Virus record (IMG/VR): IMGVR_UViG_3300017781_003142
Location: 1-26,221 of that record
DNA length: 26,221 nt
Reading direction: 5' to 3' (one strand)
Source of the DNA: a virus
Taxonomy: Duplodnaviria > Caudoviricetes
The notes beneath the pieces are model-generated. The model saw only the letters and a program-made list of their open reading frames with translations. It did no database searches and was not told the DNA's origin. Both the position numbers and the translations under genes were made by a program. The first letter of the stretch is position 1, and each line of letters begins with the position of its first letter. Shown one piece after another: positions 5,832-14,292 of this stretch.

Positions 5832-8177
5832 CTAAATTGCACATGCCTCGCAATATTCATCATACTCTTCGTCGGTACCGTTAAACTCAGTACGCTCGAC
5901 TGGAGATTCTTTTACATTGTCGTGCCATCCAACATTGTGTGCTGGCTCGTCAATTAATTCACTAGGGTCAGTTTTATAATCATAAGTGTTTTGATAATAA
6001 CTTGTCTTCCACCCTAACTTGTACGTATTTAACAAATCTTGAATCATCTGACTCATTGGAACTTCATTATTTTCAAAATGTGTTGGATTGTATGACCAAT
6101 TTCCGCTGATTGCTTGATCAAAGAACTTTTGCATCACTGCTACAGTTTTAATATAGCCTTCGTTACTAGGCATATCCCATAATAGTGTGTAATGTTGCTT
6201 TAGTGTAGTATACTGCGGAACAATCTGCTTAAGAGGCCCTTTTTTGGACTTCTTAACGGACAAGTATCCGCGTGGTGGTTCGATTCCGTTAGTCGCGTTC
6301 GACACAACGGAACTGCTTTCTGATGGCATCTGAGCGGACAATGTCGAATGTCGAAGGCCGTGATCTCTGATGCTCTTGCGTAAATTATTCCAATCATACT
6401 TTAATTTTACCTTTACAATGTCATCAACTTCTTTCTTATACGTATCAATAGGAAGGATGCCGTCACTGTATTTAGTGCGGTTAAAATACTCACATGCACC
6501 GCGCTCTTGTGCTAATTCATTACTTGCTTTTAACAAATAATATTGAAATGCTTCTGTAAGTTCGTGTACAAGTTTCCATGCTTTTGGATCATCATACTTA
6601 ACTTTATTCTTTGCAAGGTAGTGTGCAAGTCCAATATATCCTACACCTAAACTACGTCTTGCTTTTGTACTAATCTCTGCCGCCTTAATTGGATAACGTT
6701 GATAGTCAATAATTTCTTCTAATGCTCTTACTGCTAGTTCACATAGTTCTTCTAAGTCGTCAACTGATCGAATTGTTCCTACATTAATTGCACTAAGGAT
6801 ACACAACGCAATTTCACCTTCTTCATCATCAATATGATTCAATGGCTTAGTTGGTAACGTAATTTCTTGACACAAGTTACTCATATATACTTTGTCTTTA
6901 AATGAACTGTGCGTGTTACAATGATCAACATTCATAATATAAATGCGTCCTGTTTCTGCACGTTCTTTAATTAGTGCTGAGAATAAATCCATTGCACTTA
7001 CTTTTGTCTTTTTAATACTAGTCTTACGTTCATAAGATTCATATAGTTCTTTAAATTCGTCTGCATCACCAAAGTATGCTTCATACAATCCTGGCACATC
7101 ATGTGGTGAGAATAAAGTTATGTCGCCACCGGACAACAATCTTTCATACATTGTTTTATTAAGTTGAATAGAATAATCTAACTTACGTACACGATTGTCT
7201 TCTGTTCCTTTGTTGTTCTTTAGCACAAGGATGTCTTCAATCTCTTGATGCCAAAACGGGAAGTGTGTAGTTGCACTGCCGCCACGTACACCATTCTGTG
7301 TACAACATCTTACTGTTGCTTCAAACTTTTTAAGGAATGGAATGATACCTGTGTGTGCTACTTCTCCGCCTCTGATCTTCGCATTAACGCCTCTGATTCG
7401 TCCAGCATTGATTCCAATTCCTGCTCTTTGTGCAGTGTATCTACCAATCGACATATCGCTTGCGAAGATACTATCAAGGGTATCGTCGCTGTCAACAAGG
7501 ACACACGAAGCAAACTGTCTAACAGGTGTTCTGACACCCGCCATGACTGGCGTTGGGATATTGATTTTAAAAAGTGAGGTCGCATCGTAGTATCTCCTTA
7601 CATAATACATTCTATCTTCTTTAGGATAGTTCGCAAATAGTGTTGCCGCAATCATCATGTACATGAACTGAGGAGTCTCAAATATTTGACCTGAAGAACG
7701 ATCCTGTACAAGATACTTGTCAGCCACCTGACGCAAACCTGCGTAGGTAAAGTTCTCATCACGCTTGTGTTTAATATAAGAATCTAATGAAGCAATTTCT
7801 TCGTCAGTATAACTTTTAAGTATTGACGGATCATAAACACCACGTTCAATATTTTTTTCAATCATTTCTTTAAACGGAATATTTTCATAACGACCAAAAA
7901 CTTGTTTGTTGATACCATAAGATAATAAACGTGCCGCGGCATACTGATAATTAGGTGCTTCTAATGAAATTAAGTCATTAGCACTTCTAATTAATATTTC
8001 TTGTATTTCGTTTGTACTCATACCATCGTAAAATTGTAAGTTTGCATTCATTTCAATTTGACTTGCACTTACTCCTGCTAACTCTGCACTTGCTTCTTGT
8101 ACTACAAAGTGTATCTTATCAATGTTTAGTGGTTCTTTTTTACCTGTTCTTTTTACGATCATGGTACCGTTTGTCAT
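5832..8177 (-). CDS. nrdA: ribonucleotide reductase class Ia alpha subunit with ATP cone
   Basis: N-terminal VKRTG ATP cone, QFASC, SNLCQEI, SYY, C-terminal CEAC; uninterrupted. Confidence 0.98.
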   Translation of the reverse strand: MTNGTMIVKRTGKKEPLNIDKIHFVVQEASAELAGVSASQIEMNANLQFYDGMSTNEIQEILIRSANDLISLEAPNYQYAAARLLSYGINKQVFGRYENIPFKEMIEKNIERGVYDPSILKSYTDEEIASLDSYIKHKRDENFTYAGLRQVADKYLVQDRSSGQIFETPQFMYMMIAATLFANYPKEDRMYYVRRYYDATSLFKINIPTPVMAGVRTPVRQFASCVLVDSDDTLDSIFASDMSIGRYTAQRAGIGINAGRIRGVNAKIRGGEVAHTGIIPFLKKFEATVRCCTQNGVRGGSATTHFPFWHQEIEDILVLKNNKGTEDNRVRKLDYSIQLNKTMYERLLSGGDITLFSPHDVPGLYEAYFGDADEFKELYESYERKTSIKKTKVSAMDLFSALIKERAETGRIYIMNVDHCNTHSSFKDKVYMSNLCQEITLPTKPLNHIDDEEGEIALCILSAINVGTIRSVDDLEELCELAVRALEEIIDYQRYPIKAAEISTKARRSLGVGYIGLAHYLAKNKVKYDDPKAWKLVHELTEAFQYYLLKASNELAQERGACEYFNRTKYSDGILPIDTYKKEVDDIVKVKLKYDWNNLRKSIRDHGLRHSTLSAQMPSESSSVVSNATNGIEPPRGYLSVKKSKKGPLKQIVPQYTTLKQHYTLLWDMPSNEGYIKTVAVMQKFFDQAISGNWSYNPTHFENNEVPMSQMIQDLLNTYKLGWKTSYYQNTYDYKTDPSELIDEPAHNVGWHDNVKESPVERTEFNGTDEEYDEYCEACAI

Positions 8178-8222
8178 CTGTCTCTCTCCGTTCTTTTATC
8201 TTTTTTTCGTTTCGTGTGGTAT

Positions 8223-8648
8223 TTAGTTTAGGGGCGGCATGTGATGAATCTCTTGCGGTTCTAAATCTTTTAGTGCTTGATCTACATGTACATGCGTTGA
8301 ATTATCAAGTCCTAACACCCTATCACCTACCACTAGTAGATAGTAATGTTCTGACTTTTTGTTGTTTATACCAATATGTATCTCGAATCTTTCCCTCGAA
8401 AAACGGTCAGTTAACTGTAAAGAATAACACATCCCTAGTACACGACAGAAGTCGCAATACATATTTTCGTTAACTAACTCCCAAGGGCCAGGCCAAGTAC
8501 TTGGCGTATACGGATCTGTTTGAATACTCACCGTAGGTATTTTGTTGTAATAATTAATTACATCTTGCAAAGGATCTTTAGAATCTTCTAAAGTATCTCT
8601 AAACGCTGACCATTCAGAGAGCCTTTGCTCATAATTTAAATCATTCAT
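8223..8648 (-). CDS. hypothetical protein, possible transglutaminase-like (BTLCP/LapG) fold
   Basis: WPGPWEL...YCDFC...HYYLLVV...GLDN spacing resembles the BTLCP Cys-His-Asp pattern. Confidence 0.55.
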   Translation of the reverse strand: MNDLNYEQRLSEWSAFRDTLEDSKDPLQDVINYYNKIPTVSIQTDPYTPSTWPGPWELVNENMYCDFCRVLGMCYSLQLTDRFSRERFEIHIGINNKKSEHYYLLVVGDRVLGLDNSTHVHVDQALKDLEPQEIHHMPPLN

Positions 8649-8651
8649 TTA

Positions 8652-10262
8652 TTACCGTTTTGATCTCACGTGGAATTTGAAAGTTCCAGCGTCGGTTGCT
8701 GTTGCATTACTAACATTAATTTCAACTGTATCTTTAGTTGCGTCTGCATTTTCGTCAACTAAATTTGCAGTTAATTCAAAGTTTGTAACAAGTCCTGAAG
8801 AACCAGTAAATGAATACTCGTCCTTTACGATTATATTATCATTATCATAATCAACAGTAACATGAAGTATACCATTGCGATGTGCTTGGTATGCTGTACT
8901 ATGATAAACATAATCAATTTCGTAATTTGTATTTGCGTCACCTGGTAGTCTAAAATATCTATTTGGATTAGGTTGGAACACAACTTCTAATGCACTTGTT
9001 CCGTTCATATCAAATTGACAACTACCTTCAATGACTGGTGTAAACTTTTGGTTTACAATATATTGTTGCTCGAACGACAATGCTTCAAATCGTTTGAAGA
9101 AGTCTCCGGAACTAGTGTTCCCAGTCTTATCAAACTTCATTACTGCATGAGCACTACTTGCTTCAGTACCATTGTTGTTACCAACACTATTAAAAGTGTT
9201 ACCAACACTAGAAGTATTTGTACCTTCTTTGACCCAAACAGCGTTCTTTGCAATTTCGTCAAATGTACTGTTTTGAATTTTTGTTCCTGTTGGTCCTGCT
9301 TCTTGACCTAGTTGTCCTAATGTAATATTTTCACCTAGCACAACGCCATAACCTAGTGTGTCAAATGTGCTACTCTTAACAAGAGTATCGTTAATGTTGA
9401 AGTCACTATAAATTCCGTAAGTCCAACCTTTCATAATAATATCAACAAAGGTATTATTATTACTCATTACTGCCGCACTGTCGCCTATTAGGCTAAATGC
9501 TTTTTGTGTAGGAATTAATGCATCGCCTGAATTCCAATTGCCTACAACTTTTAAATTACTAAAATGACTATTTCTTACACTGTGCATATCAAACATAACG
9601 CCTGCTACACTTTGATTAATTGTCATTCCTGATATAGTAATATCTTTTGCTTGGTTAATAAAACTATTAGTAGAAGTTGCGGCATATGATCCTGGTGTGC
9701 TTCCACCATTTACAAATGTAAATCCTTCTGCGGCACTAGTATTAATAATTGTTTTATCTACTCCTGCACCTAAAATAGTTGCATAAGGAGGAAGTTTAAT
9801 TGTAGCAGAAAGTACGTATGTACCAGGAGAAAGTACTAACTTAACTCTGCTTGATGGATTAGTTTTGTTTGTATTAATAAACAGTTGGTCGATTGCTCTT
9901 TGTAATGCTACAGTATCATCTGTAGTGCCATCGCCTTTCATTCCAAAGTCTGAACCGTATACGTTTTCATCTAATTTTGATTGTAAACTTCTTTGTATTG
10001 GTTGTGTTGAACTTGGACCAGTTGTTAAACCACTATCATTTCTGTAAGTATACTGCCCTGCAAGTTGAAAAATGCTATCATGTTCTGTAAGAATCTTAGT
10101 ATTGCCTACCGCAGGAGCACCTTCGCTCACACTGCCGTTACCTACATAAAACTCTTGACTGTCAATTGCCCATCCAAGTTCTCCAGAAGCAAGTTGCGGC
10201 AAGTTATCCACACCTTTTTTACCTCTTCTAACTTGTATACGACTGATTTGTACTACTGCCAT
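8652..10262 (-). CDS. tail fibre/spike-like virion protein with parallel beta-helix (pectate lyase 3-like) domain
   Basis: N-terminal RIQVRRG...LASGELGWAID...YVGNG attachment module; DFGMKGDGTTDDTVALQRAID beta-helix cap; Asn/Gly/Thr-rich; TAAATA (10287-10282) and AGGAG RBS. Confidence 0.82.
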   Translation of the reverse strand: MAVVQISRIQVRRGKKGVDNLPQLASGELGWAIDSQEFYVGNGSVSEGAPAVGNTKILTEHDSIFQLAGQYTYRNDSGLTTGPSSTQPIQRSLQSKLDENVYGSDFGMKGDGTTDDTVALQRAIDQLFINTNKTNPSSRVKLVLSPGTYVLSATIKLPPYATILGAGVDKTIINTSAAEGFTFVNGGSTPGSYAATSTNSFINQAKDITISGMTINQSVAGVMFDMHSVRNSHFSNLKVVGNWNSGDALIPTQKAFSLIGDSAAVMSNNNTFVDIIMKGWTYGIYSDFNINDTLVKSSTFDTLGYGVVLGENITLGQLGQEAGPTGTKIQNSTFDEIAKNAVWVKEGTNTSSVGNTFNSVGNNNGTEASSAHAVMKFDKTGNTSSGDFFKRFEALSFEQQYIVNQKFTPVIEGSCQFDMNGTSALEVVFQPNPNRYFRLPGDANTNYEIDYVYHSTAYQAHRNGILHVTVDYDNDNIIVKDEYSFTGSSGLVTNFELTANLVDENADATKDTVEINVSNATATDAGTFKFHVRSKR

Positions 10263-10284
10263 ATTCGTCTCCTATTATACATAT

Positions 10285-10965
10285 TTAGCCGTGTTTCTCA
10301 TAATATGCATAAACCCTATTCCACCATTCTTGTTCCCATTCTTTAAACTCATGCGGCCATAGGTCAAATTGTTGATATTCACCTGCTCTGCTACACATAA
10401 AAATGTGTCCTTCACAAATGTTAGTTCCGTATATTTCGTTGTGTGCGATAGCATATGCTGTTAATTGTAAGAAATAATCTTGTACCCACTCTAATTTCTT
10501 AGGCTTGTTAGTTTGCTTGAAGTCCATAATACAAGGATTACCTTTGTATTGTCCTACTAAGTCTGTAGTACCTGCATACATCTGTGGGACATATAATGCA
10601 ACTTCACTACCCCATATTTCATCTACATCTGATAATGCATTTTCTTTTACTTGTGTTGCCATCATGTGTGCTTGTTTAGCATAAGGATTGCTACCTGGTT
10701 CAGCCCATGTGCCAAACTCAACATAGTCTTCTAAGTATTTGTGCATACGTGTTCCAACACCTGCGGCTTCTGTTACAATCTCTTGTGCTTCAGTTTCACC
10801 TACACGCTTGCGCCAAGCAATAAGATGTGTCTTGTCTTTTGTGGCGTCTAAGATTGTTGTAACGCTTGCTACAGCGCCTCCGTCAGGAGTTAGATACTTA
10901 CGCTTACCATCTACACTTTTTCTTTGAATTGTTTGGTAATCAAACTTATTTGTTATTAGTGTCAT
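10285..10965 (-). CDS. PD-(D/E)XK exonuclease
   Basis: SVTTIL, GTRMHKYLE, YAGTTDL, IMDFKQT, QLTAYA motifs; likely start MTLIT at 10965. Confidence 0.88.
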   Translation of the reverse strand: MTLITNKFDYQTIQRKSVDGKRKYLTPDGGAVASVTTILDATKDKTHLIAWRKRVGETEAQEIVTEAAGVGTRMHKYLEDYVEFGTWAEPGSNPYAKQAHMMATQVKENALSDVDEIWGSEVALYVPQMYAGTTDLVGQYKGNPCIMDFKQTNKPKKLEWVQDYFLQLTAYAIAHNEIYGTNICEGHIFMCSRAGEYQQFDLWPHEFKEWEQEWWNRVYAYYEKHG

Positions 10966-11281
10966 CAACCTCGTCCCAATCGTGTTGCATAGCAAATGGA
11001 TCACTATAAAAAGGATCCACTGTACTAAATGGGTCGTCTTGTGCTTCGACCGTATGTACTTCTGGAACGTAGTGCTTAATCATATTTTCGACACCCAGTT
11101 TGAGTGTTATTGTACTGCCTGAACATCCTGAGCAAGCGCCACCTAGTTCTAGTAGCAAGTTTCCTTCTTTGTAGTCGACAAATTCAATATTGCCGCCGTG
11201 ACTTGCAACACCAGGCTTGACATGCGATTCTATTAACTCTTTGATTTGTTTGATGATCTCTTCATCAGTTCTTGTTGTCAT
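10946..11281 (-). CDS. NifU/NfuA C-terminal domain Fe-S carrier
   Basis: VKPGVASHGGNIEFV...GACSGC...TLKLGVE; AGGAG RBS. Confidence 0.92.
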   Translation of the reverse strand: MTTRTDEEIIKQIKELIESHVKPGVASHGGNIEFVDYKEGNLLLELGGACSGCSGSTITLKLGVENMIKHYVPEVHTVEAQDDPFSTVDPFYSDPFAMQHDWDEVDDTNNK

Positions 11282-11305
11282 AAAGTATGCTCCTAATTTA
11301 AGTTA

Positions 11306-11334
11306 ATTATACTAGAAGTATTGTCTATTGTCAA
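11306..11334 (-). promoter_or_regulatory. consensus sigma70 promoter for the nfuA-like and nuclease genes
   Basis: TTGACA (11334-11329), 17 bp, TATAAT (11311-11306). Confidence 0.85.
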
Positions 11335-11645
11335 CCTAAATCTGTGGCTCTTTTTGCCATTGAGGAAACAGTTTGATCAGCACTTGGCTCTTTAGCGTCT
11401 TGTGGAATGTCGTCCATTTCACTGCTTTTAAAAGTAAGTTTCTCTTTATCAAAGTTTTTTATCATTGCTTTGACTGTTGGATCACCATTGTATGCTTGAA
11501 GAAATACATCATAACTGAATTGAGATTTTCCAACGTTTTGCATTAGTTGGTCTAATTGATCAAATTTAAATGTTTTTTGGTCTTTGTTACTGAGGACGGT
11601 TAAGACCTTTTTCAACACTTCCGTGTCGACGTTCTCAGTTACGAC
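11331..11645 (-). CDS. 104-codon reading frame, probably the -1 frameshift extension of the upstream gene
   Basis: Open from the slippery site (VVTENVDTEVLKKVL...); the GTG at 11618 has no RBS and lies inside a hairpin. Confidence 0.65.
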   Translation of the reverse strand, partial: VVTENVDTEVLKKVLTVLSNKDQKTFKFDQLDQLMQNVGKSQFSYDVFLQAYNGDPTVKAMIKNFDKEKLTFKSSEMDDIPQDAKEPSADQTVSSMAKRATDLG

Positions 11646-11651
11646 TTTTTT
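11589..11651 (-). promoter_or_regulatory. predicted programmed -1 ribosomal frameshift signal
   Basis: In-phase A_AAA_AAG (11651-11645), 5-nt spacer, stem ACTGAGAACG/CGTCCTCAGT enclosing TCGACAC-GGAA-GTGTTGA. Confidence 0.75.
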
Positions 11652-12559
11652 CCTGCTAGTAACGTTCCAATCTTGCGTGAGCGTTCTATGCTTTCGCGTG
11701 TTTCGCGTCCTGCTTCTGCTTCGCCACCTGCGGCCGCCGCATCTGCACCAAAGTCATCTGCCGCTTCGCCTGTTTCTGGATCTACTGCTGGTTCTTCTGC
11801 ATCTGCATCAACTGTTGGCTCCATTGCTGGATCTTCTCCTGCTGGATCTTCAGCACCCATTGTATCCACGGCTTCACCTTCGCCTGTTACAATGCCTACA
11901 CCTTGTGTTAGTGCTTCACGTGTTGATTCCATTGCAGTATACATTGCTTCTAATGATGGCTTAACTGCATTAGTAAATGCTTCTGATTTTTCTGCACCTA
12001 GTTCGTCTCTGATAGCATCTGCAAGTTCTAACATTGACTCTGTTTGCATTTCTGCTGTGTCTTCCATCCAACCAGTAACTCTATCTACCATGTCTTTGGA
12101 AGCCATAACTAATTCTGCGTTATCTTCTGCACCTTCTTTGATAACTGATTCTTTCATTTCTGATTTACAATCTTTGCACATCTCTTTAAGTTTTGCTTGA
12201 TCACAATCTGGATACTTTTTACAAATTTCTGCTTCACTCATTCCATCTTTACAGCATTTCATTACTTCTGCTTTGGATGGCATTTTGCCTTCTGGTGCTT
12301 CAACAATCGCTGGTGTTTCTTTAATTGCTTGATTAAGAACATCTAAAAATAATTTAGACTTTTGATAACTTTCGCTTTTCACTGAATCAAAACTTTCGTT
12401 TGTTTCAATGTCTTTTAGCATTGTACGTATTTTGTTACGTGCATCTTCTAGTTGCGGTAAAGTAAACTTGGCAATATCAATTTTAGTGCCATAGCGTTTC
12501 GCAAGACTTTCATTAAGTGTTGCGGCTGTAATTGGTGTTTTAATTTCTCTAATGTTCAT
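11639..12559 (-). CDS. acidic coiled-coil late protein (prohead core/scaffold-like)
   Basis: TAAATA at 12595-12590; Glu/Asp/Ala-rich; repeated LNES/IKEG/TRES motifs. Confidence 0.6.
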   Translation of the reverse strand: MNIREIKTPITAATLNESLAKRYGTKIDIAKFTLPQLEDARNKIRTMLKDIETNESFDSVKSESYQKSKLFLDVLNQAIKETPAIVEAPEGKMPSKAEVMKCCKDGMSEAEICKKYPDCDQAKLKEMCKDCKSEMKESVIKEGAEDNAELVMASKDMVDRVTGWMEDTAEMQTESMLELADAIRDELGAEKSEAFTNAVKPSLEAMYTAMESTREALTQGVGIVTGEGEAVDTMGAEDPAGEDPAMEPTVDADAEEPAVDPETGEAADDFGADAAAAGGEAEAGRETRESIERSRKIGTLLAGKKS

Positions 12560-12600
12560 TGTTCATATCCTTGCAGAATTTGTTATAGTTATTTATCATT

Positions 12601-13017
12601 CTAATTGTATATATAGTCTTCTAGTTGGGTTCTGCCCCTGTCGATCTTAGTTGTAGCAATATCTAGCCTACATTCTAGCACTTCTTTGCGTAATTCATCG
12701 TCTGCTTGCTTGTAACTGTGCTGGAAAAATACTGCATCATTGTAGTTTTTTTCAATTTCATAATCAATTCTAAGCACTTCGTTGACTACATTTTGCCCTT
12801 CGGCATGCTTTTTAGCAATAGCAACTGCGGCAGTTTTACTAAAAGTGTGTGCTACTTGCTTCTTGCATTTCATATCGAATACAAAGTTACCATTTTTGCT
12901 TGTACGCACTACCATATTACCTATGCGAACGCTATTACCCCTTACATACGGAAAGGGTACATCTTCAAGACCTTGTTCAATCAAGGCTTTTAGTTCACTT
13001 ATTAAGGCTTTCGTCAT
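12601..13017 (-). CDS. hypothetical protein
   Basis: Likely start MTKAL at 13017, overlapping the upstream gene. Confidence 0.7.
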   Translation of the reverse strand: MTKALISELKALIEQGLEDVPFPYVRGNSVRIGNMVVRTSKNGNFVFDMKCKKQVAHTFSKTAAVAIAKKHAEGQNVVNEVLRIDYEIEKNYNDAVFFQHSYKQADDELRKEVLECRLDIATTKIDRGRTQLEDYIYN

Positions 13018-13210
13018 TTGCAACCACCATGGTATTCCCATTATTATGTACTTTACTTACTAAACTCTTACGTATTAACCCTTCAAGAACGAATTGTTCT
13101 CTTTCGTCAAAACTTTCTAACGGCATAACGCCCTTTACACTACGAAGTAATTTTGCTTCTTCGTTAGTCATTGCTATGGTAAACTGTGTTATTAAATCGT
13201 TTAGTTTCAT
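12995..13210 (-). CDS. small hypothetical protein
   Basis: ATGA overlap with upstream gene; MKLNDLI N-terminus. Confidence 0.7.
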   Translation of the reverse strand: MKLNDLITQFTIAMTNEEAKLLRSVKGVMPLESFDEREQFVLEGLIRKSLVSKVHNNGNTMVVANDESLNK

Positions 13211-14292
13211 TTCATACTCTGTAGTTGCTTTTTCAACATATCTAATTCGGCTTTTTTAGCCTTAATTTGTTTTTGAGCAACGTCTTTTTGCATTTTTTGC
13301 ATCTTACGTTGCTGTGCTTGCGCCTTTGGATCAGTAGGTTCTGCACCTGGTTGATCTGCGGCCGCTTGCGCCTGTTTTGGTCCAGGACCTGCTACTGAAG
13401 TAGGTACTGGTGCATCCATAGGTTCGCCTGTGGCTCCTTGTGGTTGATTGGGTACATCAAATGTTTGTGGATCTGACTTTTTGTAACCTGTTCCTCCAGG
13501 TCCACCTCTGCCTGATAATGCCGCAAGTCCTGCTAGTCCTAATGCTCCTAGTCCTATGCCTTTACCTATTCCTCCTCCGCCTCCAGGCTTTTTAGGAAGT
13601 ACTCCTGTGCCTGTTCTTGACTTCAACCCTGGTACTTGCTTTGGCTTTGGTTGTACTTGTGGTTTAGGTGCTTGTTGTGGTTTAGGTGCTTGTCCTGGCG
13701 CAGATGGCTGTTGTGGCCTTGCAGGTGTTTGTCCTGGTTTAGGAGCCGCTGTGCTAGGTGCTGGTGGCTTAGGTGCCGCTGTGCTAGGTGCTGGTGCTCC
13801 TGGTTGTTTAGGTGCCGCCACTGATGGAGGTGCTAATCGTCCAGGTGGTTGCGTTCTAATTTTTGGTGCTGTGCCTGGCTTAGGCACTTGCAAAGTTGGT
13901 GGCTGTTGTGTCTTAGGTGCTGATGTTCCGCTTGGTACTGCTGGTGCTCCTCCTGCAGGGCCTTTAGGCATTGCTGGTTGTTTAGGTGCTGTGGTTGTAA
14001 CATTTGGTGGAGTTTGTTTTACTCCTGTTCTAGGATTGTTACGTCCGCCACTACTAGGACCGTCAGGATCACGCTTGAATAAATCTTTACCTTTTTTAAT
14101 CAAATCTTTTACAACAGGAGTACCACGCTTGACTAGTTCCTTCGCACCTTTTTTAACAATTGGTGCCGCTGTTTTAGCCGCTCCTCTTGCTAGTGCTCCT
14201 ATTGCCGGTGCTACTACTGCTAATGGATTCTCATTAATGATTAGGTCGAGTCTTTCGCCTTTGTCATTTTTATTAAATTCGTCAAACCTCAC
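13207..14292 (-). CDS. Pro/Ala/Gln/Lys-rich disordered protein with C-terminal coiled coil (putative internal virion protein)
   Basis: GTG start overlapping the upstream TAG; MRFDEF...IINE N-terminus; APK repeats; Gly/Ala/Leu hydrophobic stretch. Confidence 0.75.
   Translation of the reverse strand: MRFDEFNKNDKGERLDLIINENPLAVVAPAIGALARGAAKTAAPIVKKGAKELVKRGTPVVKDLIKKGKDLFKRDPDGPSSGGRNNPRTGVKQTPPNVTTTAPKQPAMPKGPAGGAPAVPSGTSAPKTQQPPTLQVPKPGTAPKIRTQPPGRLAPPSVAAPKQPGAPAPSTAAPKPPAPSTAAPKPGQTPARPQQPSAPGQAPKPQQAPKPQVQPKPKQVPGLKSRTGTGVLPKKPGGGGGIGKGIGLGALGLAGLAALSGRGGPGGTGYKKSDPQTFDVPNQPQGATGEPMDAPVPTSVAGPGPKQAQAAADQPGAEPTDPKAQAQQRKMQKMQKDVAQKQIKAKKAELDMLKKQLQSMK
13657..13692. repeat. 18-bp tandem repeat x2 (encodes QAPKPQ)
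   Basis: ttgtggtttaggtgcttg at 13657 and 13675. Confidence 0.85.
13745..13796. repeat. direct repeat with 30-bp period (encodes PAPSTAAPKP-type units)
   Basis: gccgctgtgctaggtgctggtg at 13745 and 13775. Confidence 0.85.

Noticed and set aside
4669-8177. Introns, inteins or homing endonucleases in nrdA/nrdB
   Set aside because: Both frames are continuous and of normal length
10285-10965. Nuclease as Cas4 or part of a CRISPR system
   Set aside because: No four-Cys Fe-S pattern, no other cas genes and no repeat-spacer array in the window
11584-12200. Plus-strand ORFs 11584-11964 and 11673-12200
   Set aside because: Shadows of the acidic minus-strand gene, with no expression signals
13657-13796. 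Short direct repeats as a CRISPR array or DGR repeats
   Set aside because: Periods are multiples of three inside a CDS, with no unique spacers and no reverse transcriptase
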